Assembly: GCA_965637545.1 (NCBI GenBank)
Contig: OZ281500.1
Span: forward strand, 19,592,001-19,656,000
Length of the DNA: 64,000 nt
Source of the DNA: Phallusia mammillata
Taxonomy: Eukaryota
Direction: 5' to 3'
The notes under the pieces were generated by a model. That model was not told the origin of the DNA and did no database searches. It worked only from the letters and a program-made list of their open reading frames with translations. The position numbers and the translations under genes are program-made. Positions 45,901 to 58,500 of this stretch are shown in pieces. How positions within the stretch are numbered: the stretch's first letter is position 1; the number at the start of each line of letters is the position of its first letter.

Positions 45901-47183
45901 GCCGTTTTAAACCTCCCTTAGTCTTCAGTGTTTTTCCACATTTTGAACAAGTATTAGGATCAGATTGAGAAGCATTTCCTGACACCTTTAACTGCTTTAG
46001 TCTTATTTTCGGTGTACTTCTGTTCGGTGATTGACTAGTACCAAAGTTGTTGTTGTCAAGACACCTTGTGCAATTAAAAAAACAGTTAAACCAAAACAGC
46101 ATACTCAAAACAGTTTTGGAGGCTTTGAGATTTGTTAGAAAAGCAATAAACCATCCATTAAGCGCCTTTCAATAAATAGCATGTTCACACTTTATTGGTC
46201 TTTACACTCTTTAACCAGCGTTTCTAACAGAACAAAATTATACAGACAAAAGCTTCTTTGTGTGAAATATGCATTTGTTGGGACCTAAGTGCAATGTGTT
46301 TGCAGCTTTGACATGTCCAATCATGAAACTAATTTTGTGCCTTTATTGGTTGTAAATGGCATACAATACATCAACTGCGAACATTTCACAAAGCAAAAAC
46401 TTTTACTGATATATGTTATCATATCCAAACCAGTTGTCACCAGTAAAATCCTAGATGTAAAGGTGATTTTAATTTAACTAAAACATTTACCTACCTGTTG
46501 ACATGGGATTGTCTAGCAGATAAAGTACGCCCAGCCAAGTCTTTGTGACAACTCGGGCAAGGCACCTTGCCTCTTTTTATCTCGTCATTATTCCCTTGCT
46601 TAAAGTAAGAAGATGTCACTGGTTCGTCACCAACTTTTTCAACATTTTTTTTATCTTTGCTTGGACAGGTCTCACAATGATCTTGGTAACTTTTAACATC
46701 AACCAATTTTCCACAGTGTCCACATGTTAGTTTCCTTTCAATTCTTAGCTTTAAATCCTTCTTTGATGCAAAATTTTCTGCCATGCAGTTTATGTAATGT
46801 GTCTTACATTCTTCAGCTGGTATCTTCTTAGAACAAATCTTACAAAAACCGCCTGGTGAATAATTTTTATCAGTTTCTTGGGATACCGGTAAGCAAACAT
46901 CTTTATTAAGATTTTCTTTTTGCTCAACATTTAGAGGAACTGCTTCTTTATTATGCCTTTCTTCAGTGACACCACTATCATCACTTAAGTCAGGTATCCC
47001 TGAAAGTGTGTCATTGTTTTGAGTTGAGGATTGTGGAATATTGTTGTGGTAATCCTTTGGTATATTTGGTGTGTCTGAATCATTTTTATTTGCCAGTGGT
47101 GATATGATTCTCCTTTTTCTTGACAAAAACAGTTTTTTCTTTGACAGGCTGGGCAACTCAAAAGCTTCCATTGAGTCATCCAT
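33996..47183 (-). CDS. SLX4: Structure-specific endonuclease scaffold SLX4 (FANCP/BTBD12) homolog, about 1273 aa, 16 coding exons
   Basis: Exons 47183-46495, 46064-45869, 45811-45734, 45199-45132, 45067-44952, 44682-44474, 44302-44087, 43550-43413, 43043-42708, 42260-42065, 41718-40823, 39443-39302, 39118-39014, 35512-35458, 34786-34492, 34082-33996; total 3822 nt, phase-consistent. Domains: UBZ fingers, EDEILQVAKALSKSE and LQDSPATR motifs, MLR (KWGLS..DYRV), BTB (SDL..VHKCILLCR), SAP (TPMLNYSDMDTP..KLKELYAYRHQ), SBD (LYRDILRYKPI..LLDYLDRQGITFTTA). Confidence 0.93.
35756..35923. mobile_element. hAT MITE
   Basis: CAGTGGTTCTTAACC / GGTTAAGAACCCCTG termini. TSD TTATAAAG / CTATAAAG. Confidence 0.85.
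36180..38168 (-). CDS. Unknown 135-aa protein, spliced gene nested in SLX4 intron 13 (same strand)
   Basis: Exons 38168(38182)-38108, 37090-36901, 36336-36180 have canonical splice sites and phases 1 and 2, forming one ORF: MKTEQHTRRAIQALESL..EFEELIRRAL..KWLNSVTPGSPHYNPEFTVLARLC..VYRVMVRLNPSLLAS*. Candidate upstream exons at 38448-38226 and >=38662. The start codon is uncertain. Confidence 0.65.
37617..38082. mobile_element. hAT MITE in an intron of the nested gene
   Basis: CAGTGGTTCTTAACC / GGTTAAGAACCACTG perfect TIR. TSD GTTTAACC. Confidence 0.92.
40218..40382 (+). mobile_element. 165-bp hammerhead-containing non-autonomous retro-insertion (Penelope-like or retrozyme-like)
   Basis: Flanked by the 14-bp direct repeat CATAAAAAGACCTG (40204-40217 and 40383-40396). 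Internal 17-bp perfect inverted repeat (40260-40276 / 40360-40376). AATAAA at 40353. Confidence 0.8.
40301..40348 (+). ncRNA. Intact minimal type I hammerhead ribozyme motif
   Basis: CTGATGA (40307-40313), an extra A, 8-bp stem II GGCGTCTT/AGGACGTC with a GTAT loop, GAAA (40335-40338), palindromic ACGT stem III, GUC triplet (cleavage predicted after C40342), short stem I ATC/GAT. Confidence 0.8.
43788..43818 (-). ncRNA. Degenerate hammerhead motif (family B)
   Basis: Minus strand CTGATGA-T-GGCATGAGCATTTGTC-GAAG. Shares TTTAAATAATAAAGCAT downstream with the 22646 copy. Confidence 0.5.
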
Positions 47184-47733
47184 GTTGTACAATTATTGCA
47201 CAGATTTATTAAAACTTTTCTGAATTTCAACACTACTATTACTCATAGTAACAGTAACCTTCCGGTTGTAGGCTGTTGTACAGAACAAACGTCTAAAATT
47301 GTCAGAACTCCGAGTTTAAAGAGAAATAACCCACGGGATGCACACAAAAACGCTAAATTAATGTAAAAGCGGCTTGCACTCATGTGTCTCAATTAAAAAT
47401 CATAACTGCAACACAATATAGCTTTCTAGTTTATGATTTGCATTTTGCGAATCTGAAGGAACAACAATAAAGCCACGAGTCTCGCGCCGTTTATGGAGGG
47501 GAATTCCCGAATAAAATTGTAATATTTATTAATGATTAATTTTTAAATTCTATAGCCATCGCTGTTTTCTTTTTCTAGAATGGCAAAGTTTTTGAGTCAA
47601 GAAGACTATTAATCAGGCCAGAACCACTAATGCTACCATACACTATTAAAACTTTACAGTTTTCAACTTTTCGGTTGAGAAAATTTTAAGTCAGTTCGAG
47701 TAGGCCTACTGCTTGTGTAGCCTACGCTTAAAA

Positions 47734-48047
47734 CAGTGGTTCTCAACTCGTTTCAGGCCATGGACCACCGGCCCAGTAAAAATAATATCGTGAACCATTT
47801 CATTCTAGACTCTAGAATCTAGAGCAAGTTGGGGTAACGCATACGAAACAACCGTTTGGACTTAACATAATCCTTTGAAACTAATTTTTAGGAGGTGAAA
47901 TAAATTTTTAACAGGTAACATTTTGGTACTCCTTTAACATGTAATATGCAATCCACTCTAGTTTATCACTTAATTTAGTGGACGTCCTGTGGACCACCCA
48001 AAAAGTCATCATGGACCACTAGTGGAACCAGCAGTTGAGAACCACTT
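47734..48047. mobile_element. hAT MITE (same family as 60464-60754)
   Basis: CAGTGGTTCTCAACT termini with extensive identity to 60464-60754. Confidence 0.85.
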
Positions 48048-49561
48048 ACCTGAAAGCTGTGGGCAATAAAAATCAAAGATAAAGATGGTCTGTAACCGTG
48101 GCTTTCTTGAATGACTTTTGGGACATCCTGCTCGACCTTCCTTCCGTTGAAGTGTATGTACATATGGTAATTCCTGCCAAACGGGTAGTATCCTATTGCT
48201 TATAACTTAAGACTTAAACAAACAGCATCCAAGCCTGCTTCATATACTTGCAAATTTATTATTTCACAAAACAATGCATCACATTTCCAGTTCTTTCGAA
48301 ACGTTGTTACGCCAAAAGCATTACGAAAGCAAGTAATCGGGGATAAGTGAGTATAGCGCCACCCAGAGGCTGGCTTATGAAATAGAATCAATTCATTAGC
48401 GGCATTCTGCGGCACGTACCGGGGCACACACAACAACGCCCAGTAGTCAATAGTAACGATGCAAGGCAGATGTGTGGTATATGTACAGCACAAAAACAGG
48501 GCATTCAATTTCAGAGTCACAATCTCACATAAGCAGTCAGTCTCGACATTATTGGGCGGTGTGCTCTAAAGTTTTGGCAGTCACGAGAGGCCCTTGTTGG
48601 TGTTTTAAGACCAATACATACATGAGGGAATTACATGAGGCCAATTATCGCCCAAAGCAGGTGTACTACGTCATGATTACGCGGGGTTAGACTTCTAAAG
48701 TTTTTGATCAAGTCAAAATAAAAGTGCGAGTAATCAATAGATTTGGAATGATTTTACTTGTTTGGAAGTGAAGTGAAAAAACGCTACGGTGAAATTGGAA
48801 AAAGTCGAATTAATAAACAAAAAAGTAGATATAAAGTGGGTATATAGAATACGCTAAACATAGGCGTTGTTCAAATGACAACTTTTAAATCCAGGCGCAA
48901 ACCATAAAGCAAAACAATTTTTTTCCAAAAAAAGCACTTAACTAGGACATTTTTTTCAAATTTACAACTAAATGGTTCCTGTATAGTCTATAACTTCGGG
49001 AATCAATTTTTATAAATGTCTTTTACGCAGTCATGTCTTCAATTGTACGTCTGGAATTAAAGGTCACCATCGGAACAGAACGCTGTATAAGAGCATGGAC
49101 TCGGCTCCGTAACACATATACACAACGACATATAATTGCCATGTGTCGATGGTAATAGTAATGCACTGCGCACATAAATGCCTCAAAAAATGCACAAAAA
49201 CCACTTTTTGTTAGGTCAGAATTTTTACACTACACTGATTTGCCAGGGACCTCATATTGGCCCACACAGAAAATCGCAAAATGTTGCGGGTAATCAACAA
49301 AGCGTAAAAACTGACCAAGCGTGAACGCAAGAACGTTACGCCCCTGATACCGCAGAGTACTTTTTATCATAGAACAAACAAAACAGCGCTATCGTTAAGG
49401 AATGTGGCGTATATAAGGTTAAGTGGTGGGCTAACTGTGCCCTGCTACGGAAGCTTGAAACTGTGTAGGGATTACATAAGCCCGGCAAAAGACCAAATAA
49501 CTTTCCGATTCCAATTTGTCAAATCACTTTGCTCCGTGAACAGTGTTCAGTGGCAGATGCT

Positions 49562-52500
49562 TTAACTGGTTTCGCTTTTCTCTTGTTCAATGGCTGCAAA
49601 AAAATAGCACAATTATTGTCTTGAAAGTTACTTGTATATACTACATAGACAAGTGGTTTCCAACCGGGGGGAATTTTAAAACTTTCGGGGAGGAATTTAT
49701 TGTAAGTTGTACATGTGGTTTGTAAATAGACACTTCAGCTCTGGGAATGTAATCTGTGGAGTTGAAACAAGACCTAATTTTAAATGATCTTTGTATGCTT
49801 AAGCAACTACTATGTAGTCTATTGGGATGTTTTACGTTTTTAAGTGAGAAATTCGCCGAGTTGGGAACCACTGACATAGGCCTTTAGTTGAGATTTCCCT
49901 TTTCGACATGTAAAAGACTTGTATGTACAAGCGTGATATTAAAAAGGTCGAAGTTTACGACAATCCATAGAAGATAATGCTTAAAGTTTGCAGAGGAAAT
50001 ATAGCTGTCGCCACAAAACCTGAATACGAGACCCAAAGTATACACCAGGTGCAGAAAACGAGTTGTTTGCATACGTGTCGTATTCGGCTAAATTTGAAAA
50101 CTGCCTGGCGGGAAGTAAAACGTTTCTAAAGCAACAACGTTTTTTCGCATCCCTGCTCATTCTATTGGGTTAAAATACAAAATATAGCACCATCTCTCCA
50201 TATATCGCCCTGTATGCTACTTACTGGGTCTCTTTAATTTTTATATGGGAACATTTAACTTATTATTTGTTTAGCGTCTTTATCACTTGCATTGGTTTGT
50301 GGTTTACCTCTTAGCAGAGAACTTGCTATAATGAAAAGCTATCTGATGAAAGGCATTTTGTCAAACACGTGGGCTTTAATACCTGACGGGCAATAATCGC
50401 TTGGGCGAGCGTTTTACCCAGCGACCTAGCCCAGAAAGCAAACACGGAAATGCCGGCCAAAGATTGCAGGCCACGCCAAAACGCGATTCGTTGTTTGTCC
50501 GACTCGCAAAGAGACGCTCTTCTGCGACATGTGGGCTGAACAGTGTAAATAGCCTCACGGTGGAAAGCAATCAAGGCTGCTTGTGTACATAAGCGTGCAG
50601 TGTCTAGCGGTTTCGGACTGTGTCACGACTGGCGCCGTTTGGGAAAAGTGAAAATCAGTGCCTTGATTGTGAAGTTTGTCTATACTCTAGGACCCTAGGT
50701 GCTTTATATGAGATTCACCATTGCTGGTAAGATACTTACTCTCTTTTGTCGGCAATGGATTCTTCTCGACAGTTTCAATGTGCTGGAGCGATTCGCGTTT
50801 GAACAAATTGATGTTCTCAATTGTCTTCTCTTGGGCAATATCTGCATACATCAGTAAAATTGTAATTAAACCAATTGTGCCAACAAAAACACAATATCAA
50901 GTGTGTATGTACTGGAAACTGGAATTTTGTCAGCAAAATCGTCATGAAAGCATCAACTGGCACCTTCTCTTACGAATCATGACAAGCCGGCCTCCCTGTT
51001 TTCCAGTAACAGGGAGTATGCTATCGGTACACCACACTCTTCTACGAATCAGTTGTTATAAAATCACGTCTGTATGCCCCATGAAAAAACATGCCATGTA
51101 ATCAGATAGCGTCTTAAGTTAAACATTACAGTTGTCGCAAATTTTCAGACATTCAGACGGGCGAAAGAACAAAGGCAGCCTTTCCAGGAGACAAAATCAA
51201 CATATGACGTCACCACACTATGACGTCATAAACTTACCGGGACCGCTTGGCAGGGGGTTCTTCACCTCTGGCTCAACGTGTTTGAGACTCTCCTTGCAAA
51301 CAGACGCGGCCTGCAGTGGGACGCGCTCCCTGGCAATGTCTGAAACGCATAAGGAGTAACATGTTGAAAATATGCCCGGAATTGCGCCTTGGTCAATTTT
51401 TGTTATGGGTTGGCGTGCTGGGTTGAATGTGTGTTTACTTGTGTGGCTGAGGTCACCGGGCCCAACGATTTGTCAAGCTCTGTTTTCGGTATAGCGAAAT
51501 CAGGAAGTCTCAGTTAATTTCCTTTGTTGTGTAAGAACGATTGACCTTTTTAACAGGTAAGACGCGCTGTCATTTCAGAAGCGATTTAAAATTTAAGAAC
51601 TCTCTCCAAAGATGGAAAATATGTTCTGACATTGTAATTAGGCTTTAACATGGACATGTACAGTACAAAGGATGTACACATTTGCTTGTTCGGCATGTTC
51701 ATGATTTTCCATTTGTTTTAAAGTGCTACTGACATAGCCGTAGGCCCTTGAAGGCTAGATGGGCCAAAACCGCAAATTATACTGCAGTAATATACTGTCG
51801 GATATTGCCTTTGTTTCCGTCGGTTATAAAAATGATGGTACATTTATCCTGGTTCGTTTGTGATGTACGATTTGTTTGTTTATATTGGTCCATTGTTTTA
51901 ATTTGTTGCCGGAATTCAAGTGATGTACACACATTTAAATACGCGACTTAGGCCTGTTTTATTATTAAAAAGGTGTAAATAATACTGGTACAATTGGCAG
52001 GAGAATTTTTTTAGGCAACAGCTTTGTGAAAGAACTGATGCCAACTAAAGACCTCTTTACATTACAGGCAAAAACCGTCTTAAGTTTTCGTATCAACGTT
52101 AAACTGCTTAGTGCGGGTTTTTACACAAAGTGCTGTGCGTATAAGAAGCGTATAATTGTTGCTGCATAATAACAGGAAAGCAGAAAATGACAAAGCCGCG
52201 CTGCTTGCTACGGACAAGCCGGTTCTTAAGCCATGCCACAACACAGCATACGCGGAGAACATATACTAAACGGTGCGGATAACAGATAGGCAAGCCAGCG
52301 CCGCTATGCAGCCGGAAGGCATATTGTCGCTGCTATCGGCACGGCGAACCTATTATCACAGTATTTGGTTTCCCAGCAGAGCGCCGCCTGTGCGTAAGTG
52401 TTTGAAATGAGCTTGTACCACAGAAAAGGCTTGTGAATTGGTGGAAATGTTACCACATGACATATCTAACGTTTATGTAGAAAATTTCCATTTGACATGT

Positions 52501-55500
52501 CAATCGAGGTGTATTACTACCAATACGACGTGTTTTGACACAGAAATGTCTAAGACCATATGCTCACTTCACACAACTATTGTATTACTTCAGCAAGTTG
52601 TTGTTCTATCCTTAAACTTACCCTCCTGACTAGGCAGCGTTGTCTTCTCTACTGTGTCGACGTGCTTCATTTGAGCTTGGTCGAATTGAGCAGCTTCTTG
52701 ACGCACTTTCTCATCGGAGATTTCTAAAACAATACAACGGAAGCTGATCAACCAAATTTTGCATTTACATTTTTCCTCAGCTTTTCGAAACCGGTCTTGC
52801 ATATTGAAACCAGTTTTTTTGGAAAGTTCTAGCTATTGAATTTAACTGCCTAAATATTTCGCGCAACACCATACTAGTCATTTATTTTCCACAAGCAGAA
52901 ATAAGAAGCGTGTCTTTGATGAGTAAAACATGCTTGTAGCTCAAGGCAAACACAGCCTAAGTGGCTTGAATATGTATCTTACGTGCTGTGGTGGGCAGTG
53001 CTTGTTTTTCTGCCGTCTCGGCATGTTTCAAGTTGGTTTTGTCGAAAGCAGAGATTCCTGACATATCTGGTTTGTCCGACATGATGACTTCTTCGACTTT
53101 AGGTGGTTCCTGCACACAAACAAGCCTTCCTTGCAATATTCAACAAAATATCATGCATCTTAGGTTTACGTGGTTTGGAAAGACAGACAAAACAATTTAA
53201 AAAAGAAACTAAAAGTGCACGGGCATACTTTTTATATGGTTTACACTTTTTTACTGCCTTGAACTTTATTACAGAACCAATGACTGTTGCCTTGTCTAAT
53301 ACAAAATATTTACAGGCTTTATTGGCGGTGAACGATCAGCACAATAACATTCTATTGCTAGACAAATTCGCACGACTGTTGTTGCTTTACAAGTTTACAA
53401 GTTACAACACCCACAATATTTGCTTTCGGGAGGAGCTGATAAAGAGTGGAGAAAAACATCATGAGTGGAGCTTAACGTTTACCTCGCTGTTACGTCATAA
53501 ACCAAGACAACAATCAACATCCGAATAATAACAGCACGCTCAAAGTTTAATAAGTCAATCTTCCAATACACGCATACAATTATGACCAGTTAAACCTAAT
53601 AAAACAGAACCTAACCAAGTTATCCTAAACTAATTTGAGTTATAGGCCTACAATTCCACATTTCGATAACAATGGTGGTTCACATAAGGGCTTAAAAAAA
53701 CTACTGTAAAATGGAACTATTTTTACCTCGGATTGCTGTGGTTCTTCTTCGACAGGCTTTGCTTCCTCAGTCTGTTCAGCTGGCGTCTCTTCCTCTGTTT
53801 TTACCTCTTCAACTGCTGACTGCTCAACGGTTGCTGGAGTTTCTGCTGGAGCTTCAGGTTCACTCTTTTGTGGCTCTGCCTCTGGGCTTTGTTCTTCTTG
53901 GGTTTGTTCGGCAGGGGCTTCTTCTACTGGAGCCTCTGCTGGTGCTTGTTCTGGTGCTTGGTCTTCAGTCTTTGCTTGATTTTCGCCTGATGCTGGGTCA
54001 GCGTTACCTTCGCCTTCGGGTTTCTTTTTATTTTTACCTCCTAAAAACGGAAGACAACGGGGTGGTTAAACAGCTAGAAACTATGTAGCAAAGTAGGCCA
54101 AAATGTTTTGAGCGAAAATTTCGACTTGGTAGCATGGAAACTTCCATCAATCTCCTACAATGCTGTTCGCAAGCACAAATACCAAGGCTTGTGACTAGAT
54201 TAAACAGGTTTTATCATAATTTATAGCTACGAAACAAATCCTATTGCACTTTGCACAGTCTGTTGCTTTTTACGACTGACAGAGAGCACAAAAAACACTG
54301 AGCTGCATTTTTTAAAACGTTTTGCTTTTGCCTTACATCCGCAACCAAGCAACATCACCATGCTCACGACTTATTGGTGCTACGTTAAGTAAACCGGTAA
54401 ACCTTAGATCCCATACAAGCGTTAAAGCGTAACCCGTTCGAGCCTGTTGTACTGACTTCCTGCTGCGTGAAAGGAATCGCGAACATAAATCGGCACCAGC
54501 GCACCTCTAAATGCTACCTACGACCAACTGAGGAGCCAAATATGAGATGAGCAAAGTCGTTTCTCCTATTTCCCACCAACGAAATGAGTAAAAAAGAAAG
54601 GTAGCGAGGCCTCAAGGTACCGGTCCATTAGCCATTACATCAGCGGATGCGAAAGAAAGGACTTTAGTGGCCACCCGGGCTCCAATATATATCACGTGAC
54701 AAGCAATTACCAACACATAATCGCACGGTGGTATGGCGGAACTAGTCGCCGTGCAAGAAATTAATTGCACACTGGATATCCTAATACACGACGAAGCCGC
54801 ATAATTAACGAATGTGCTTATCTGGGTCACTGACTATACATTTCCAGCGAAATTACAATTGCAAATCCATTTCACACACTTAAGAACACACCATCACTTA
54901 ACACTTGTTTGCTAAAACGCTCTGGTTTAAAATGTGACTCTCTGAAAGCAATGAACAATTTCAACAAACGTTAGTTGATCTTCTCTCACAACCATAGCGA
55001 CTAACGGACTATGATAGTCACTCCGGAGGCAGCTTTCCTGTTGAATCATTGTGAAAACGAGAAATACCCACAATCGTATACAGTCGTTTGCCTATGCGCG
55101 TCCAATATGGTGTCTGCAATGTTTGCACAGAGCACAGCAAATAAAACGGGCGCGGCCAAGCTAGAAAACTTTTAACGTTCAACTAAATTCCAACGATGGT
55201 AACTGTTTTACACAACATTTAACGATAACTTTTGGCGCGTTTTTTTGGCCAGGTAGTCAATCATTTACTTTCTGCGCACAGAAACACTCTTTCCTTGTGA
55301 ACCGATTGCTGTTTTTGGCAACCTAATCTTACTAAAATATCGCCCTTAATATTCACTGGATATAAACATCGCTTGTACAGTACCAGCGGCAACACTATAC
55401 AGCTTTATCGAATGCTCATAAAACTGGAAAGTCTTGCACAATTGGCCATGTAAGTCTGCGATGTCAACAAGGTTCAATGGGCCTTGTAACTCAACAACAG

Positions 55501-58500
55501 TGTTGTTAAAATGGATCCCGTTGCCATTAAGCCCTTCAAAGTAGAGGCTAATTGCGTGCAAAAGCATTTAAGCCTGTAGTTTTATTCCGGTTCTATTGCG
55601 TCTAATTTGTTTAGTTTTAATTTTACGAGTCCATACATTACGGCTGTCATGCAATTTTCCATTTCCTGTCATTCATTAAACGTTACATGTTTCTGCATAT
55701 TGCAGATAACGTTTCAAGCTACTAACGTTTAGTAGACGCGAAATGTCACACAAAATTGTTACAATCATAATATTTTTATATTGCCACTTCTAGTTACAGG
55801 ATAATAAAAAGCTGCCAACCAACGTTAACCAGTTACCAAGTGGTATATATAGCTGGCAAATATCAGCATATGTTGCCAAATAACAAAGTAAGGAGAAACA
55901 TATCACGCCGCCCCGAACAATACAGTTATTTACCAAGGGCTGTGTTACGTTACCCTGCATTATGTCATTTCATTTTGCCAAATATATCTTATTACGCCAC
56001 CAACAATGTATAAATAAATAAACAAACAAACGTACTTCGGTAGGCAAAGTCTACTAGAGACTGCAACCAAAAAGCAGCAGTATTCTAAGTTTAATTGTAA
56101 CACAATAATACATTGTATAACGTCACAATACCAAAACAATGATATAAGACCACTAACTTTCAACCACTACAAGCGCAGTCAGTTGGCAGCACTGCACGGC
56201 TAAAACAGCCCTGCTATAACCAACAGCAATTTTAAGCCGCCTGGAGCGAGGTAACGCGCATTCCTGTGGCTAAAAATACTGAAGCTTCTTCCCAAAAAGG
56301 CTTTTTTTGCCTAGCTTTCACGCGCAGCACCAGGGGTTGGTTTGCTCCCGCTATCACTGAAATTGGACGCTTCGCTGCATAAGTAATATCGACCACGCTG
56401 AGTGGCCCCATCATTTGTAGATTATGTTGATTTTGCTAAGAGTCACTTAAACTGTTGAGGCGCAGTTACTGATGGCTGCTGGATTCTGCTTAATTGGATG
56501 AAATCTTTTGATAAGGACAACTATTAAAACCCTATTTCCTATTTTGTTGGAACATACATAAGCTTTATACGTCTAAAACTCGAAGTAGAAAGGCAGTGGG
56601 TTACCTTGCCAAAAAACACCTATATATTAAGCTTTGCTTCCGTATGCATAACAAGAATTCAAAACATACATAAAGCCGGCAAAAAAAGTCTGGACCATAA
56701 ATCGGCGTTGAAAAAATAAATTTGAACACAATGCCATCCAAGCGTTAGCTTCACGGTGACATCATAGCATAGACGGGCCTAACCAAGCACCTCAAAAGGG
56801 AGTTGAAGAGAAGACTGAGCTTGAATCGCAGAGTAGTGTGCAACACCAAATTTGGGTTCAAGAGAAATTTCAAGCGGTTGCTTGCGTCACAGCATATTTT
56901 AAGCCTTGACTGAGCGACAAGCGGTTTTGAAAGCATACGATTGCGGGCCTTGTTTGAACATAATAATCAATTTCAATCAGAAAGTTGGTAGAACAACAAT
57001 TTTGCGGTGTATTTTAGTTGTTATGCGAAATGTTAAATCGTAAAATACAGGTTTTCAACTTCTACAAAACGGCGTACAATTGTAAAAAAAAAACATTGCA
57101 AAGTTGTTCAGATCCCAATAAACAGAAATAGTTTCTACTTGCTATGATACTATTTTTACAGGAGGCCTACATACAAAAGTAACCGAAGTATACAATAAAA
57201 AGTTTGTGGCCATCTTTATCACGTTAACTACTTAATTTAATAGTTTTCATTTTGACAGGAGTATACATTTATGGTAATGTGAAACAGGTTATTTCGCGTC
57301 AAAAATAACGTGCGCATTAACGTCTTATTGCGTTAAAAATATTTGCAGATTTCGGACGCTTGGTGACACTACAGAGACGAAGAACACAAATTTATCAGTA
57401 CAGAGTCTACAGACGAAACGCGCTTGCAAGCAATTTGCCAACCGAGCAGCTAGCTGTAGTAGCGATGAGTGCGAAAAATAGTTCCATTTTTTCAAGAAAG
57501 TTTGCGGTTGGGTAAAAAGGTTTACGTTGGTAGGTGTCTAATGATAGTTAACAACGTTGGTGTAGTTTTGACAACAATTCTTGGATTTTAAACAAAATCG
57601 ACCATCCCCCAGAAACAATTGCACAAAAAACGAGATTCCAGCGATACTATATCGAAGAGCAATTTTCCGGCTAAGCCATGCGAAAAACCATTGCGTAAGT
57701 GAAGATAGTATTTTTTCACATGACCGAACGGAACGCAAAACATACGTGACATATTTTAGTTAGGAGGTTAAATCTTCTGCGATCAGCGTAAAATTCATTT
57801 AACACGCCTAGATGGTCGCGCTTTACGCTTGATTAATTTTGGCGGCACAAAATCCAACAAAAAACGTGCAAAAAATCTGGTGCTTAATTGTGAGTACAAA
57901 ACGATTTTTTTGCAGCAGTTATTATTAATGATGAATGTTAATAGGACCTAATGTTACTTTTCCTGTGATTTTGTCGGCAGAGCATAGCTTGCGAGGTAAT
58001 GACTGCTTTATTTAAAGCAAAGTGAACATGTTCTTTTTAATGAAAGCGTTTAAGCCTACATGATGGTTAATAACAAGTCTTACACTTGGCACTATGGTAC
58101 ACCAACATTTACTTTTATTCAACAAATTATTTTGAAGAAAAAAACGCGCAAGCAGAAGGGACATAATGGTATTCAGACTTAGAAAGGATTTTGCAGGTGC
58201 CTATAATACAGAACAAAAATGTCAAACTAGCAGATTTGCAAATTGTCGAGACGATTTTATTAAAACGTTCCACAGCGGAATGAATTTCCACACTGACAGC
58301 GTCAAACGTTATGAATTATTTATCAGGGAAATACCGCAACACCTTTGACGACAAAATACACAGAGAGTCAATCGATGTCGAAAGTTTTGCAGCAACGTCA
58401 CAACAGAGTTACGTAATTATTGCGACATAGGCTATTTCGCGTGGCTTTATGCAACATTAAAACAAAAATGCAAGACTTCTTTAGTCATGAGATGAAGATT

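Noticed and set aside
50343-50372. CTGATGAAAGGCATTTTGTCAAACACG
   Set aside because: Possibly a very decayed family B hammerhead, but it lacks G12 and flanking homology, so it is too weak to call.
53711-54088. 125-aa Leu-rich plus-strand ORF
   Set aside because: It is the antisense shadow of the Glu-rich thymosin-gene exon.
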